From Desulfobulbaceae bacterium (GTDB lineage Bacteria > Desulfobacterota > Desulfobulbia > Desulfobulbales > Desulfobulbaceae), in assembly GCA_019163135.1 (NCBI GenBank), contig JAFLKR010000041.1, forward strand, positions 6,741-70,740: a stretch of DNA of 64,000 bases, given 5' to 3'. Every line of letters begins with the position of its first letter. Position 1 is the stretch's first letter. The translations under genes were made by a program, and so were the position numbers. Of the stretch, positions 28,860-38,407 are shown in pieces. Below the pieces are notes generated by a model. That model made no database searches and was not told where the DNA came from. It saw only the letters and a list, made by a program, of their open reading frames with translations.

Positions 28860-30944
28860 ATGAAAAAAGACCTGAAAAAAGTACGTAATATCGGTATCAG
28901 TGCTCATATCGATTCGGGTAAGACCACCCTTACTGAACGAATTTTGTACTACACCCAACGTATCCATGCCATCCACGAGGTTCGTGGCAAAGATGGTGTC
29001 GGCGCGACCATGGATTCCATGGAACTGGAAAAAGAGCGCGGCATTACCATTCAGTCCGCAGCCACCTACTGCTCCTGGAAAGATTGCGACGTCAACATTA
29101 TTGACACCCCCGGCCATGTCGATTTCACCATCGAGGTCGAACGGGCCCTGCGGGTGCTTGACGGAGCGGTGCTGATCCTTTGCTCGGTCGGCGGTGTCCA
29201 ATCGCAGTCCATCACCGTTAACCGCCAAATGACCAGGTACAAGGTCCCCCGCATCGCCTTTATCAACAAATGCGACCGGACCGGCGCCAACCCTTTTCGG
29301 GTCATGCAGCAACTTCGTGACAAACTCGACCTCAATGCGGTCATGATCCAACTGCCCATCGGCCTGGAAAACGACCTGCAAGGTATGGTTGATCTGGTCA
29401 CGATGAAGGCCATTTATTTTGATGGCGACCAGGGTGACGACATCCGGTATGAAGCGATACCGTTCGATATGCTGGAAGAGGCGGAATCCAGACGGGAAGA
29501 ACTGCTCGATGCCGTCTCCATGTTTTCGGACGAACTGATGGAGGCCATGCTCGAGGAAGCCGATATCCCCGAATCCATGGTCCATGAAGCCATCCGGCGC
29601 GGCACATTGAGCCTGGAACTGACCCCGGTCATGATCGGTTCCGCCTACAAAAACAAAGGCGTGCAGCTGCTGCTTGATGCGGTCAACGCCTACCTGCCCT
29701 GCCCCACCGACGTTGAAAACACCGCGCTTGACCTTGACAAAGACGAGGCCGAGATTGTGGTCAGCAACAACCCGGACGATCCGCTGGTGGCACTGGCGTT
29801 CAAGCTGGAAGACGGGCGCTACGGTCAGCTGACCTACATTCGGACTTACCAGGGCCTGATCCAGAAGGGCGACACCATCGTCAACAGCCGCACCGGCAAA
29901 AAGGCCAAGGTCGGCCGTCTGGTGCGCATGCATGCCAACGAAATGGAAGAAATCGATGGTGCCGGTTCCGGCGACATCGTCGCACTGTTCGGCATTGACT
30001 GCGCTTCCGGCGACACTTTCTGCGGCGGCGGCGTCAATTGGTCGATGAGCTCCATGCATGTTCCGGCTCCGGTTATTTCCCTGGCCATCAAGCCGGTCGA
30101 TAACAAGGCCCAGATCAACATGTCCAAGGCGCTCAATCGGTTCACCAAGGAAGACCCCACCTTCAAAACCTTTGTCGATCACGAAACCAGCGAAACCATC
30201 ATCTCCGGAATGGGCGAACTGCATCTCGAAGTCTACGTCGAGCGAATGAAGCGGGAATACAATGCCGAGGTCGAGGTAGGTGCGCCGCAGGTCGCCTATC
30301 GCGAAACCATCACCCAGCGAGCGGTCTTCGATTACACCCACAAAAAGCAGACCGGTGGTTCCGGGCAATACGGACGGATCGGGGGTTTCCTTGAACCGCT
30401 GGAAGAGGGTGAATATGAATTTGTCGACAATATCGTCGGGGGCGTGATCCCCAGAGAGTTTATCAGCTCCTGTGATAAAGGGTTCCAAAAATCACTGGTC
30501 AAGGGTATCCTGACCGGAGCGCCGATTACCGGAGTTAAGGTTACCATCAACGATGGTAGTTTTCATGCCGTCGACTCCTCCGATATCGCCTTCCAACTGG
30601 CGGCCATCGGCGGATTCAAGCAAGGCTACAGCAAGGCCATGCCGGTAATCATGGAGCCTATTATGAAGGTCGCGGTCGAAGGCCCCTCCGAATTTCAGGG
30701 TGCGGTCATGGGAAGCCTCAACCAGCGCCGAGGTGTTATCATCGGCACCTTTGAAGAAGGTGCCTATACCGTGGTCGAGGCCGAAATGCCGCTGGCCGAG
30801 ATGTTCGGCTATTCAACGACGCTGCGTTCCCTGACTCAGGGCAAAGCCGAATTTACCATGGAATTTGCAACCTACAAACAGGTCCCGAAAGGCGTGGCCG
30901 AAGAACTGGTCAAAGCCTTTGAAGCGAAGAAAAAAGATGCGTAA
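28860..30944 (+). CDS. fusA: Elongation factor G, stand-alone, spdEFG1/mtEFG1-like
   Basis: [58 protein letters not shown]; no rpsL/rpsG/tuf neighbours. Confidence 0.96.
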   Translation: MKKDLKKVRNIGISAHIDSGKTTLTERILYYTQRIHAIHEVRGKDGVGATMDSMELEKERGITIQSAATYCSWKDCDVNIIDTPGHVDFTIEVERALRVLDGAVLILCSVGGVQSQSITVNRQMTRYKVPRIAFINKCDRTGANPFRVMQQLRDKLDLNAVMIQLPIGLENDLQGMVDLVTMKAIYFDGDQGDDIRYEAIPFDMLEEAESRREELLDAVSMFSDELMEAMLEEADIPESMVHEAIRRGTLSLELTPVMIGSAYKNKGVQLLLDAVNAYLPCPTDVENTALDLDKDEAEIVVSNNPDDPLVALAFKLEDGRYGQLTYIRTYQGLIQKGDTIVNSRTGKKAKVGRLVRMHANEMEEIDGAGSGDIVALFGIDCASGDTFCGGGVNWSMSSMHVPAPVISLAIKPVDNKAQINMSKALNRFTKEDPTFKTFVDHETSETIISGMGELHLEVYVERMKREYNAEVEVGAPQVAYRETITQRAVFDYTHKKQTGGSGQYGRIGGFLEPLEEGEYEFVDNIVGGVIPREFISSCDKGFQKSLVKGILTGAPITGVKVTINDGSFHAVDSSDIAFQLAAIGGFKQGYSKAMPVIMEPIMKVAVEGPSEFQGAVMGSLNQRRGVIIGTFEEGAYTVVEAEMPLAEMFGYSTTLRSLTQGKAEFTMEFATYKQVPKGVAEELVKAFEAKKKDA

Positions 30945-31006
30945 ATCCGCAGCGAATCGCAACCAGCCGGAACCAAAGAGAGAACTTATCGTTAAGAGGT
31001 GGAATT

Positions 31007-31702
31007 ATGGGATATGAACCACTGGTACAGCAGAATCCGCTCCGGGTTCTGAATATGGGCAGAGAAAACAATCAGATGGGCCTGGTCATGGCCCGTGCGG
31101 GTCTTGGCAAGACCGCCCTGTTGGTGCAGATCGCCCTGGACGCCATCCTTCGGGGCAAGAGGGTCATCCATGTAAGCATTGGAGAATCCATCGAGAAAAC
31201 CAAAACATGGTATGACGACATTCTGCAATGCATTCTCCAGGAACATACTATCAACAGGCCACACGAACTCATCGACATGGTGGCGCGCCACAGGATGATA
31301 ATGACTTTCAAGGTCGCCGCTTTTACCAGGTCCCGACTCGAAGAACGGCTCAATGATCTCATCCTTCAGGATATATTTCGCCCCAACTGTTTGATCGTCG
31401 ATGGCCTTGATTTTGAGACCACTGATCGCGAGGCCTTGGAAGACATCAAAAATCTGATGGAAACCATGAACATGCAGGCTTGGTTTTCCGCGATCTGTCA
31501 TCGCGGCGACACCCGGATTTCCCCCACCGGCGTCCCGGCACCCTGCCATGAGCTCGACGATCTCTTCGATATGATTATTTTATTGAAGCCCGAGCGCGAT
31601 GCGACCATTCAGCTCGACATTATCCGTAATTACGGCGCCCAGGTGGAAGGCGGCAAGGGTTTACTCCTTGACCCCACCACCATGATGGTCAAAGAAATGT
31701 AA
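31007..31702 (+). CDS. RecA/KaiC/DnaB-like P-loop ATPase of unknown function
   Basis: Walker A ARAGLGKT, Walker B-like LIVDG. Confidence 0.7.
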   Translation: MGYEPLVQQNPLRVLNMGRENNQMGLVMARAGLGKTALLVQIALDAILRGKRVIHVSIGESIEKTKTWYDDILQCILQEHTINRPHELIDMVARHRMIMTFKVAAFTRSRLEERLNDLILQDIFRPNCLIVDGLDFETTDREALEDIKNLMETMNMQAWFSAICHRGDTRISPTGVPAPCHELDDLFDMIILLKPERDATIQLDIIRNYGAQVEGGKGLLLDPTTMMVKEM

Positions 31703-31718
31703 CACCTTCAGTCTTCGT

Positions 31719-31757
31719 GAGGGGTTGGGGCTGATAGCCACCAACCCCTTCTTTTTT
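31719..31757 (+). terminator. Intrinsic terminator after the fusA-ATPase pair
   Basis: GAGGGGTTGG...CCAACCCCTTC followed by T6. Confidence 0.7.
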
Positions 31758-31771
31758 ATGAGATTATCCAT

Positions 31772-32533
31772 ATGCGGTTCCGACCCTGTATCGATTTACA
31801 CGACGGCAGAGTAAAACAGATAGTCGGCTCCACCCTTAAGGACTCGAGCTCCGACCTCCTGGTTAATTTTTCCTCGACACTTCCCCCTTCGCATTATGCT
31901 GCCATGTACCGGCAGGACAATCTGTCCGGCGGCCACATCATCATGCTCGGTTCGGGCAATGAAGCTGCCGCCATCGATGCGCTGGCCACCTGGCCCCAAG
32001 GCATGCAGTTGGGGGGCGGCATCACCGACGCCAACGCCGGACAATGGCTCGATCACGGCGCTTCCCACCTTATTGTCACCTCCTACGTATTTCATGACGG
32101 CCTGATTGACTGGGATCGGTTACGCCGCCTCAACCAGTTAGTCGGAAAAAATCGCCTGGTGCTGGATCTTAGTTGTCGGTGGCGGGATGATGGCTATTAT
32201 GTGGTCACCGATCGCTGGCAAAAATTCACCCAACTTCAAGTGAGCAAGACCGTTCTCGAGGAACTTTCAGCCTATTGTGACGAGTTTCTGGTGCACGCTG
32301 TTGATGTCGAAGGCAAATGCATGGGCATCGACACCAGATTACTGGCACTGTTGGCGACCAGCGTTCCGGTTCCCACCACCTATGCTGGGGGGATTTCATC
32401 GCTTGCTGATCTCGAGTTGATCCGCTCGGTCGGCCAAGGACGCATTGACGTCACCGTGGGTTCAGCCCTGGATATTTTCGGCGGCTCCAGCCTGCGCTAT
32501 CTCGATGTGGTCGCCTTCCATGCACACCTCTGA
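31772..32533 (+). CDS. hisA: ProFAR isomerase, His6-like (eukaryotic-type HisA)
   Basis: FRPCIDLHDGRVKQIVG, GGHIIMLG, LQLGGGI-like QLGGGIT, LVLDLSCR, HAVDVEG, VTVGSALDIFGG. Confidence 0.9.
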   Translation: MRFRPCIDLHDGRVKQIVGSTLKDSSSDLLVNFSSTLPPSHYAAMYRQDNLSGGHIIMLGSGNEAAAIDALATWPQGMQLGGGITDANAGQWLDHGASHLIVTSYVFHDGLIDWDRLRRLNQLVGKNRLVLDLSCRWRDDGYYVVTDRWQKFTQLQVSKTVLEELSAYCDEFLVHAVDVEGKCMGIDTRLLALLATSVPVPTTYAGGISSLADLELIRSVGQGRIDVTVGSALDIFGGSSLRYLDVVAFHAHL

Positions 32534-32711
32534 TGATGAGCCGCCAGCACCACGCGCAGTTCAGTTGGTCGAGTTGAGATTGCTGGTCCCCGAGGATCTC
32601 TATCGTGCTTTCCAGCGTTGTCTCTGGGTGCAGATTAATGAAACCGGGCAGACGCAATTGCATCTTATGGAGCAGGTTGTCCTTGATTTTCTGGTCAAAC
32701 ACGATTGTTGA
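32520..32711 (+). CDS. Small hypothetical protein (63 aa)
   Basis: ATG 32520 overlapping hisA end; LVPEDLYRAFQRC..LMEQVVLDFLVKH is protein-like and amphipathic. Confidence 0.5.
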   Translation: MHTSDDEPPAPRAVQLVELRLLVPEDLYRAFQRCLWVQINETGQTQLHLMEQVVLDFLVKHDC

Positions 32712-32833
32712 CTGCCTGATCAAAAATACCAGCGTCTGCTTGACCAGCAGCACTCCTTCATATATTATAAGTCCTTACCGTTGATTAGGCGGATGCCGCG
32801 CTGACCTTTACACTCGTCCCTGCTAAAATCCCT

Positions 32834-33691
32834 ATGAGTGAACGAAAGACAAAACTGGATAAAATCCGTGCTTTTGTTGACAAGATGCCAAGTCTCTCCA
32901 CCACGGTCAGCAAGGTTCTGGAAATCTGCAGCCGAACGGACACCTCCCCCAACGATCTCAATAAAGTCATCTCTCTGGACCCGGTCTTAACCGGTCAAGT
33001 ACTGAAGTTAATCAATTCAGCCTATTACTCCCTCATCAACAAAGTCACCTCTTTGACCCGAGCCATCATCATGCTGGGACTGAACACGGTGAAAAATCTG
33101 GCCTTATCAACCGCAGTCATCAGAAGTGTCGGCCAGGCGAAAAAATCCAAGGCCCTTCCCATCAAGGAGTTCTGGGCCCATTCCATTGGGGTCGGAGTCA
33201 TGGCCAAATTGCTCGCCGCTGAGCGAGGAATGCCTTTAGCCGAAAGAGAAGAATATTTTGTCGCAGGATTGCTACATGATCTCGGCAAGATACCCTTTGG
33301 CGACGAATACACTGAAGTACTCACCCTGGCCGCCAATACCCAGGAACCGCTCGCTCAGATGGAGCATCGCCTGATGGAGATCGACCACGAAGAGGTCGGG
33401 CAGATGATCGCCTCCAAATGGAAACTCAATGCCGTCATCACCGACGCCATCTGTCACCATCACGCGCCTCTGCTGGCAGCGCCTGAGAACCAGGCGCTTG
33501 TGGCCACGGTTGCACTTGCCGATTTTTATATCTGTCTGTTTGATATCGGTTTTGCCGGCAACCGTTTTCCCGATGAAGAGCAACTGGCGCCGATGCTGGA
33601 ACTGTGCGCATTGGAATGGGGTGCCGTTATCAATTTATCCGAAGCCGTAGATGAGGAAATCAAAAAGGCCGAAATCTTTTTGCAAATCTGA
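32834..33691 (+). CDS. HDOD domain signalling protein
   Basis: MPSL, ISLDPVLTGQVLKLINSAYY, FWAHS, AGLLHDLGKI, HHH. Confidence 0.92.
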   Translation: MSERKTKLDKIRAFVDKMPSLSTTVSKVLEICSRTDTSPNDLNKVISLDPVLTGQVLKLINSAYYSLINKVTSLTRAIIMLGLNTVKNLALSTAVIRSVGQAKKSKALPIKEFWAHSIGVGVMAKLLAAERGMPLAEREEYFVAGLLHDLGKIPFGDEYTEVLTLAANTQEPLAQMEHRLMEIDHEEVGQMIASKWKLNAVITDAICHHHAPLLAAPENQALVATVALADFYICLFDIGFAGNRFPDEEQLAPMLELCALEWGAVINLSEAVDEEIKKAEIFLQI

Positions 33692-33728
33692 TCGATTCGT
33701 AATCAACTCAACCACCAAGGATGTCGGG

Positions 33729-34652
33729 ATGATCAAGGTTAAATTCTGGGGCGTGCGGGGCTCCATTCCCTGCCCGGGCCCCAAGACCATGAAATACGGC
33801 GGAAACACGGCCTGTATCGAACTGCGTTTCCCCGAGGTAAATCGGCATATTATTATCGATGCTGGATCCGGCATCCGCGAACTGGCCAATTACATGTTAG
33901 CCAACGATTTACCCAAAGGCCCTATTGCCACCGAGATTTACCTGTCCCATACCCACTGGGACCATATCATGGGATTTCCTTTTTTCGTGCCTGCCTATAT
34001 CCCGAGCACCTCGATCAAGGTTTTTGGGCCGGTGACCTATGAAGACGAACCCTTGGAAGCGGTGGTCGGCGGGCAAATGAAATACCGTTATTTCCCCGTC
34101 AACATGGGAGAATTGGCCGGGAAAATCGAATATCGCCGCCTCAAGGAAGATCCTTTCATTGATCTGGGCGATGGCATTACCTTGACGACCGCCATCATCA
34201 ACCACCCGATTACCGCCTTGGGGTACCGATTCACATTCAGGGGTGCGGTGTTCTGTACGGCCTATGATACCGAGCCCTTTCGTAATCTCTTTGTGACCGA
34301 CCTCAATGATCCCGCCTACGATGAACTCATGGCCCTGGAAGGGGAAGAGGCGGCCCGCGAACAAAATCAGGTCCTCGAGGGTTTTTTCAAGGGGGCCGAT
34401 CTGCTGGTCCATGACGCGCAGTATACCAGAGAGGAATACTTCAAGGGTAAGGTCGGATGGGGCCACAGCCCGATTGAAGATGCAATAGCCACTGCCAGGA
34501 GCGCCGGGGTCAAACGGCTGGCGCTATTCCATCACGATCCGGAACGCAGCGACGATCAACTTGATGCAATGACCAAAATCTATTGTGCCTCTCGCGACAC
34601 AGATCCCATGCAGATATTTTTCGCCCGTGAAGGTCAGGAAATCATTTTGTGA
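33729..34652 (+). CDS. MBL-fold metallo-hydrolase (RNase Z / cyclic-nucleotide phosphodiesterase-like)
   Basis: FWGVRGSIPCPG, YGGNTAC, IDAGSG, HTHWDH, HDAQY, GHS, FHHDP. Confidence 0.9.
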   Translation: MIKVKFWGVRGSIPCPGPKTMKYGGNTACIELRFPEVNRHIIIDAGSGIRELANYMLANDLPKGPIATEIYLSHTHWDHIMGFPFFVPAYIPSTSIKVFGPVTYEDEPLEAVVGGQMKYRYFPVNMGELAGKIEYRRLKEDPFIDLGDGITLTTAIINHPITALGYRFTFRGAVFCTAYDTEPFRNLFVTDLNDPAYDELMALEGEEAAREQNQVLEGFFKGADLLVHDAQYTREEYFKGKVGWGHSPIEDAIATARSAGVKRLALFHHDPERSDDQLDAMTKIYCASRDTDPMQIFFAREGQEIIL

Positions 34653-34703
34653 ATTTTTCTTCCCGGTCCACCCGACCAGATATTCCAGAAAAAGGAGACG
34701 AAC

Positions 34704-35318
34704 ATGGCAAAGGTAACCCTTGATTGTATCGGACTCCCCTGTCCCCAACCTGTGCTACGCACCAAAGACGCACTGGAACAAGGCGCCGGCGCAGTCGAGG
34801 TAATGGTCGATAATGAGGCTTCTCGAAACAATGTCGCCCGCTTTGCGCAGAGCAGGGGCCACCAGGTGACAATTACCGCCCGACCGTCGGGCCATTTCAC
34901 CATTTCAATTACCGCAGCCGCCGGGCAAACCCCAGCATCGGAGAACCTCGACGATTATAGTTGCGACCTGCCCCAAAAGTTGCGTTTGGTGTATGTCATC
35001 TCTGCTGACTCCATGGGACGCGGCAATGACGAATTAGGTTGGGCCTTGTTGCAAACCTATATCCAGACCATCAAAGACGTCGACCCGCTGCCCGAAAAAA
35101 TTATCTTTTATAATAGCGGCGTTAAACAGGTGACCACCGAATCTGGCGCCTTGGACGCCTTAAAACAGTTGCAGGCGCTAGGTGTTGAAATTCTTGTCTG
35201 CGGGACTTGTCTCGACTTTTTCAATCTGAAATCAGCGATCAAAGTGGGGCACATTTCCAATATGTACGATATTATGCATTCGGTCATTAACGCCGATAAG
35301 ATTGCCAGCCCTTATTAA
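34704..35318 (+). CDS. yedF: Sulfurtransferase-like selenium metabolism protein YedF (TusA + DsrE-like domains)
   Basis: LDCIGLPCPQPV, MGRGNDELG, FYNSGV, CGTCLDFF, SNMYDI. Confidence 0.88.
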   Translation: MAKVTLDCIGLPCPQPVLRTKDALEQGAGAVEVMVDNEASRNNVARFAQSRGHQVTITARPSGHFTISITAAAGQTPASENLDDYSCDLPQKLRLVYVISADSMGRGNDELGWALLQTYIQTIKDVDPLPEKIIFYNSGVKQVTTESGALDALKQLQALGVEILVCGTCLDFFNLKSAIKVGHISNMYDIMHSVINADKIASPY

Positions 35319-35391
35319 CCATATATTTCCATTTTTCTTATTCATTAATTATCACAGAATACATCCTCTTCCGGTACTCACACCTATTTCT

Positions 35392-37596
35392 ATGACACAG
35401 AATTCCTTACCACCTGACGGGCAGGCTCTATGCACACCTGAAGCCAGCCACTTCGCTTCTTATCAAAGAAGCACCCTACGGTCGCTGCTCCTGCCTGTCC
35501 TCGGCATCTTACTTGTACTGACGACGGCGGCCCATTGCCTGGCCAAGACTGCCCCCGCTCCGTTTAACGAAGAACGGAACCGTTTGATCGCCTTTATTCT
35601 CAGCCAGCAACTTCCTGCTCAGCATTTTGGCCATGAACCGTTGGACGACGGTCTTTCACGCAAGGCTTTTGACCTGTATCTCCGTCAACTCGATCCGCGC
35701 AAGCGTTTCCTGCTGCAATCCGATGTTCAGCAACTCAATGCCTTTGCCACTTATATTGACGACGAACTCAAACGGGGCAATGTCGTGCTGGTCGATGCGG
35801 GCATGGAATTGCTCAATGACCGGATTCGCCAGGTGGAAAAGCTGATCGATCCGATCCTCGACCAGGGGTTTGATTTTGAAAACAAAGAATACCTGGAGAG
35901 CGAACCAAAAAAAATCGAATTTGCGGCCAGCAAAGATGACCTCCGGGAGCGATGGCGTTTGCTCCTCAAAATGCAGGTACTCGACGCATACTTTGACAGC
36001 CTCGACGCACAATCTAAGAAACAACCCGAGAAGGTCAAAAGCATCGCTTTCAAAGATCACCCCGCGGAATTGAAAGAGGCCTTCAAAAAAGTCAGGGACA
36101 GCACCCACCGCGCCTTGAATCGACTACTGGAGCAGACCCGTCAGGATCATTTTGATCGGTATTTCGATGCGATTGCCAGAAGCTTTGACCCGCACACCGA
36201 TTACATGGCCCCCACCTCCAAGGAAGATTTCGATATTCAGATGAGCGGCTCTCTCGAGGGGATCGGAGCTCTGCTCCGCGAAGACGAGGGAATGATCAAA
36301 GTAATCAGAATTATCCCGGGAAGCGCTGCGGAGAAACAGGGGAAACTTCAGGCCGAGGATACCATCTTGGCGGTGGCTGAAAAAGATGGGGACCCCGTTG
36401 ATATCTCTGAAATGCGGATTCGCGAAGCAGTCGGTTTCATCCGCGGCCCCAAGGGGACCGAGGTGCGGTTAACTGTGCAAAAACCCGACGGCTCCAAGCT
36501 CACCATTCCGATCATCCGCGATGTGGTGCAGATCGATGAAACCTATGTCAAATCAACCATTCTAAAAACCGGTGGGAAAAACAAACCTATTGGCTACCTG
36601 CGTATCCCCAGTTTTTATCGCGATTTTGCCGCGCAATCCGATGGCAAAGCCACCAGGAATGTGACCGATGACACTCTTGCCGAATTAAACAAGCTAAAAA
36701 AACAACGCATCAGCGGCTTGATCCTCGACCTCCGCAACAACGGCGGAGGCGCCTTGACGGACGCTGTCAAAATTTCAGGCCTGTTCCTCCCGGGCGGACC
36801 GGTGGTCCAAGTGAAGGATTCACAGGGTTCGATTCGAATCCTTGAGGATGAAGATAGCGCCGTGGCGTATGACGGCCCTTTGATTGTCCTGGTTAACCAG
36901 TTCAGCGCCTCAGCCTCTGAAATTCTGGCAGCGGCATTGCAGGATTACCGACGAGCGTTCATAATCGGCGGTGCCCACACCCATGGCAAGGGAACGGTCC
37001 AGGCAATGCTCGATATGAATAAAAACCTGCCGCTGCTGCATCTACAAAAATATGACGATCTGGGGGCACTCAAACTGACCATCCAAAAATTTTATCGGAT
37101 CAACGGCGGTTCGACCCAGTACAAAGGCGTTGAACCCGACCTTATTGTCCCCTCAATGCTTGATTACCTCGAAAGCGGCGAAAAATTTATGGATTATTCA
37201 CTTCCTTGGGATCAGGTGCAGGATGTTGGTTATACCCGGTGGCGAGGCGTCCGGTTCAACATGCCAAAGGCACAGCAGGAAGGTAAACAATGGGCGGAAG
37301 GCAATGCCCTGTTCAAAAAAATAAAGGAAGAAACCGGCAAGGCCAAAGCGCGGAGTGAGCAGACAAAAATCGCTGTTTTTCTGGAAGGAATGTCGAAATA
37401 TCGGCAGGATCTCGAAGCCACCCGCAAAGAGGCCTTGGCCGCCGGGCTCCTACAGGAGGATTCGGAACAGGACGGCAGTCAGAAGAAGGAGAAAAAACTG
37501 GATGAAACGCTGGCAACCGATCCTTTTGTCCAAGTATCACTGTATTTGATGAAGGACTTCAGCACCGCCGATACCTCGGTAGGTTTATCACAATAA
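35392..37596 (+). CDS. prc: Carboxy-terminal processing protease (Prc/Tsp, S41) with PDZ domain
   Basis: FDPHTDY, EGIGALL, IRGPKGTEV, DLRNNGGG, SASASEI, GKGTVQ, KFYRINGGSTQ.KGV.PD. Confidence 0.93.
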   Translation: MTQNSLPPDGQALCTPEASHFASYQRSTLRSLLLPVLGILLVLTTAAHCLAKTAPAPFNEERNRLIAFILSQQLPAQHFGHEPLDDGLSRKAFDLYLRQLDPRKRFLLQSDVQQLNAFATYIDDELKRGNVVLVDAGMELLNDRIRQVEKLIDPILDQGFDFENKEYLESEPKKIEFAASKDDLRERWRLLLKMQVLDAYFDSLDAQSKKQPEKVKSIAFKDHPAELKEAFKKVRDSTHRALNRLLEQTRQDHFDRYFDAIARSFDPHTDYMAPTSKEDFDIQMSGSLEGIGALLREDEGMIKVIRIIPGSAAEKQGKLQAEDTILAVAEKDGDPVDISEMRIREAVGFIRGPKGTEVRLTVQKPDGSKLTIPIIRDVVQIDETYVKSTILKTGGKNKPIGYLRIPSFYRDFAAQSDGKATRNVTDDTLAELNKLKKQRISGLILDLRNNGGGALTDAVKISGLFLPGGPVVQVKDSQGSIRILEDEDSAVAYDGPLIVLVNQFSASASEILAAALQDYRRAFIIGGAHTHGKGTVQAMLDMNKNLPLLHLQKYDDLGALKLTIQKFYRINGGSTQYKGVEPDLIVPSMLDYLESGEKFMDYSLPWDQVQDVGYTRWRGVRFNMPKAQQEGKQWAEGNALFKKIKEETGKAKARSEQTKIAVFLEGMSKYRQDLEATRKEALAAGLLQEDSEQDGSQKKEKKLDETLATDPFVQVSLYLMKDFSTADTSVGLSQ

Positions 37597-37736
37597 ATTT
37601 TTAGCTTGAAACAAATTTTTAATCATGCTAGAGCATGCTTTGCATGAATCGTCATTCATTTTTAACAGGCAGGAGCTCGCTGATATACTGAAGTAATTGC
37701 ATGAGTTATCGCGGGATCAAACGTTAAGGCCTAACA

Positions 37737-38291
37737 GTGGATCATAGAATAAAAGCAATGGAACTGACCGAAGCACTGGTAACCAAGAAAAAAGAGATTC
37801 TCTCCTTGTGGATAGAAAGAACGCTCGACAGTTATGCCGCGCCGGGCTTTTTTAAAAAGTCAAAGGATCTCTTTGCCAATCCGGTCGGCGTCAATATCAC
37901 CAACGGCCTTACAGTCCTTTTGGAACTGCTGGTGAACAACGCCGAGCAGGCGGCCTATAGCAAACCGTTGGACCAGGTCGTTCGCATACGGGCCGTACAG
38001 GAATTCACCCCATCCCAGGCCATGGCACCCTTCCTTGAGTTGAAATGGGTGGTCAGACAGATTTTTTCCGGTCAAAAGGATACCCAGTCACTGCTGAGCA
38101 TGCTTGACACGCTGGATTTTGCAATTGATCGGATGGCATTGAACGCGTTCGATATTTTTGCAGAATGCAGGGAGCAATTATACCGCAATCGTATTCGCGA
38201 GTTAAAAAGCGGCAGTTCCATCCTGACGGATGCGGGCTGCCCTTCTAAATTGGTACAGCAAGAAAAGATGGACGCCGGGACGATCATCTAA
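37737..38291 (+). CDS. RsbRD N-terminal domain-containing protein preceding dsrM
   Basis: W...TLDSY..FANPVG, VRIRAVQEFTPSQA, FDIFAECREQLYRNRIRE; all-alpha pattern. Confidence 0.75.
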   Translation: MDHRIKAMELTEALVTKKKEILSLWIERTLDSYAAPGFFKKSKDLFANPVGVNITNGLTVLLELLVNNAEQAAYSKPLDQVVRIRAVQEFTPSQAMAPFLELKWVVRQIFSGQKDTQSLLSMLDTLDFAIDRMALNAFDIFAECREQLYRNRIRELKSGSSILTDAGCPSKLVQQEKMDAGTII

Positions 38292-38407
38292 AACCTACTG
38301 TGTGTGACCGGCCGGATGGCTTCTGAAATAATGTTTGAAGCGTATCTCCGGCCTTTATCGTAACTTTTTATAAGTTATTGTTTAACTAGAATGTGAAGGA
38401 GTGATCG

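Noticed and set aside
28779-30488. Long antisense ORFs (569 aa opposite fusA; 344 aa at 24617; 374 aa at 58365, and similar)
   Set aside because: Shadow frames of well-supported genes in GC-rich DNA, with no motifs of their own.
32706-32745. Small ORF ends Cys-TGA with an open frame beyond and an AGC-GTCT-GCT mini-hairpin
   Set aside because: Only a 3-bp stem, and the extension is not protein-like; treated as a real stop unless homologs show Cys here.
37600-38407. Expected Rex operator upstream of the dsr operon
   Set aside because: No TTGTGAA-N4-TTCACAA-like palindrome seen.
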